64,000 nt of DNA from Octopus bimaculoides (Eukaryota), in assembly GCF_001194135.2 (NCBI RefSeq), contig NC_068996.1, positions 27,790,289-27,854,288 of the forward strand, in the 5' to 3' direction. Position 1 is the stretch's first letter; every line of letters begins with the position of its first letter. Shown one piece after another: positions 63,142 to 64,000 of this stretch. The position numbers and the translations under genes were made by a program. Under the pieces are notes generated by a model. The model ran no database searches. It was not told the DNA's origin and worked only from the letters and a program-made list of their open reading frames with translations.

Positions 63142-63844
63142 ACTGTTATATCATTTAGGATGGATTATATTTTAATATAAAGCAGTTTAACGAGAAAACG
63201 GCAACAGTATGATGTGAAAAAAAAAAGTTCTGAACTGAAACAGTTATATAACTCTCACTCACAACATTATTTGCATGTTATTACTTCTTACACCCTTTCT
63301 CACAAACCAGAATCCCCTCCTCCTCCAGTAAAACCCCCCTAACTCTAATTAAGTAAAATCACTGTTGGGTGGGTAGACTAACTGATGCTTCTACCAGCAA
63401 TATGGGAAACTTAATCTTTGATATAGCAACAGTGAAGATGATAATTATGTTCTGATTTTGGCACAAGGCCAGCAATTTTTAGGGGAGGCCATTGCCTGAT
63501 TTTTTAAATTTTATTGACCCTGTAAAGATGAAATGCATTGTTCACTCCAACAGGATTTGAACTCAGAATATAAAAAGCTTGAACAAATACTACAACAGTA
63601 TTTGTTTCTGACACTGTCACAATTCTGAATTATTTTTCTATGCCACAATTCCTTTTATAACAGGAATGCTAGATAATAAAATGGTCAATAAGTATTGCAG
63701 ATGTTTCCTGTTGTAGACTTGGGTTAAAGTTATGGTTGAAGTCACAGTCTAGCAAGATCATAGTTTGATGACTGGCCAGTGGAAAAAAAGAATAAACCTC
63801 TGTGTGTGTGTGTGTGTGTGTGTACGTACTTTTGTGTGCATGCA

Positions 63845-63895
<51 letters not shown>

Positions 63896-64000
63896 TAAGG
63901 TACTCAGAAATCTGGATGTTTGTACATTTACAGATTTTTATTAATGTCACATATTAAATAAAGCGCTTTTCACCTAGTCGTGTAGGATTTTCAAAAAAAC

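Overview
This is AT-rich, microsatellite-dense eukaryotic DNA with six N-gaps. The SINE, LINE and mariner content suggests an octopus (coleoid cephalopod) genome; that is inference. The window is the middle of one large + strand gene for the JIP3/JIP4 kinesin/dynein-JNK scaffold (MAPK8IP3/SPAG9; fly sunday driver, worm unc-16). I reconstructed a phase-consistent GT-AG exon chain: 7372-7474, 9570-9655, [10374-10409], [17038-17070], [34507-34524], 42463-42520, 44339-44395, 45678-45825, 46974-47164, 56161-56236. It encodes the TPELD region, the GDVD.GAD motif, leucine zipper II and the RH2 domain. Two features stand out. First, a 33-kb interval between GADITG and GMGKE holds several frame-preserving phase-1 microexons (36, 33 and 18 nt, plus weaker 9-12 nt candidates) just N-terminal to LZII, with neural splicing-factor motifs nearby. 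Second, an apparent terminal exon stops the protein right after RH2, with TAA in the register of a Tyr I recall as conserved, which predicts a short JIP3 lacking the C-terminal propeller. The introns are packed with decayed mariner/Tc1, RTE, R4/Dong, CR1-group, CRE and Helitron elements, piggyBac-type MITEs and SINEs. These include a fold-back mariner, a tail-to-tail Helitron fusion and mirror-oriented SINEs around the RH2 exon. I found no tRNA, rRNA or CRISPR features. All homology statements come from recalled motifs, not database searches, and TE boundaries are approximate.
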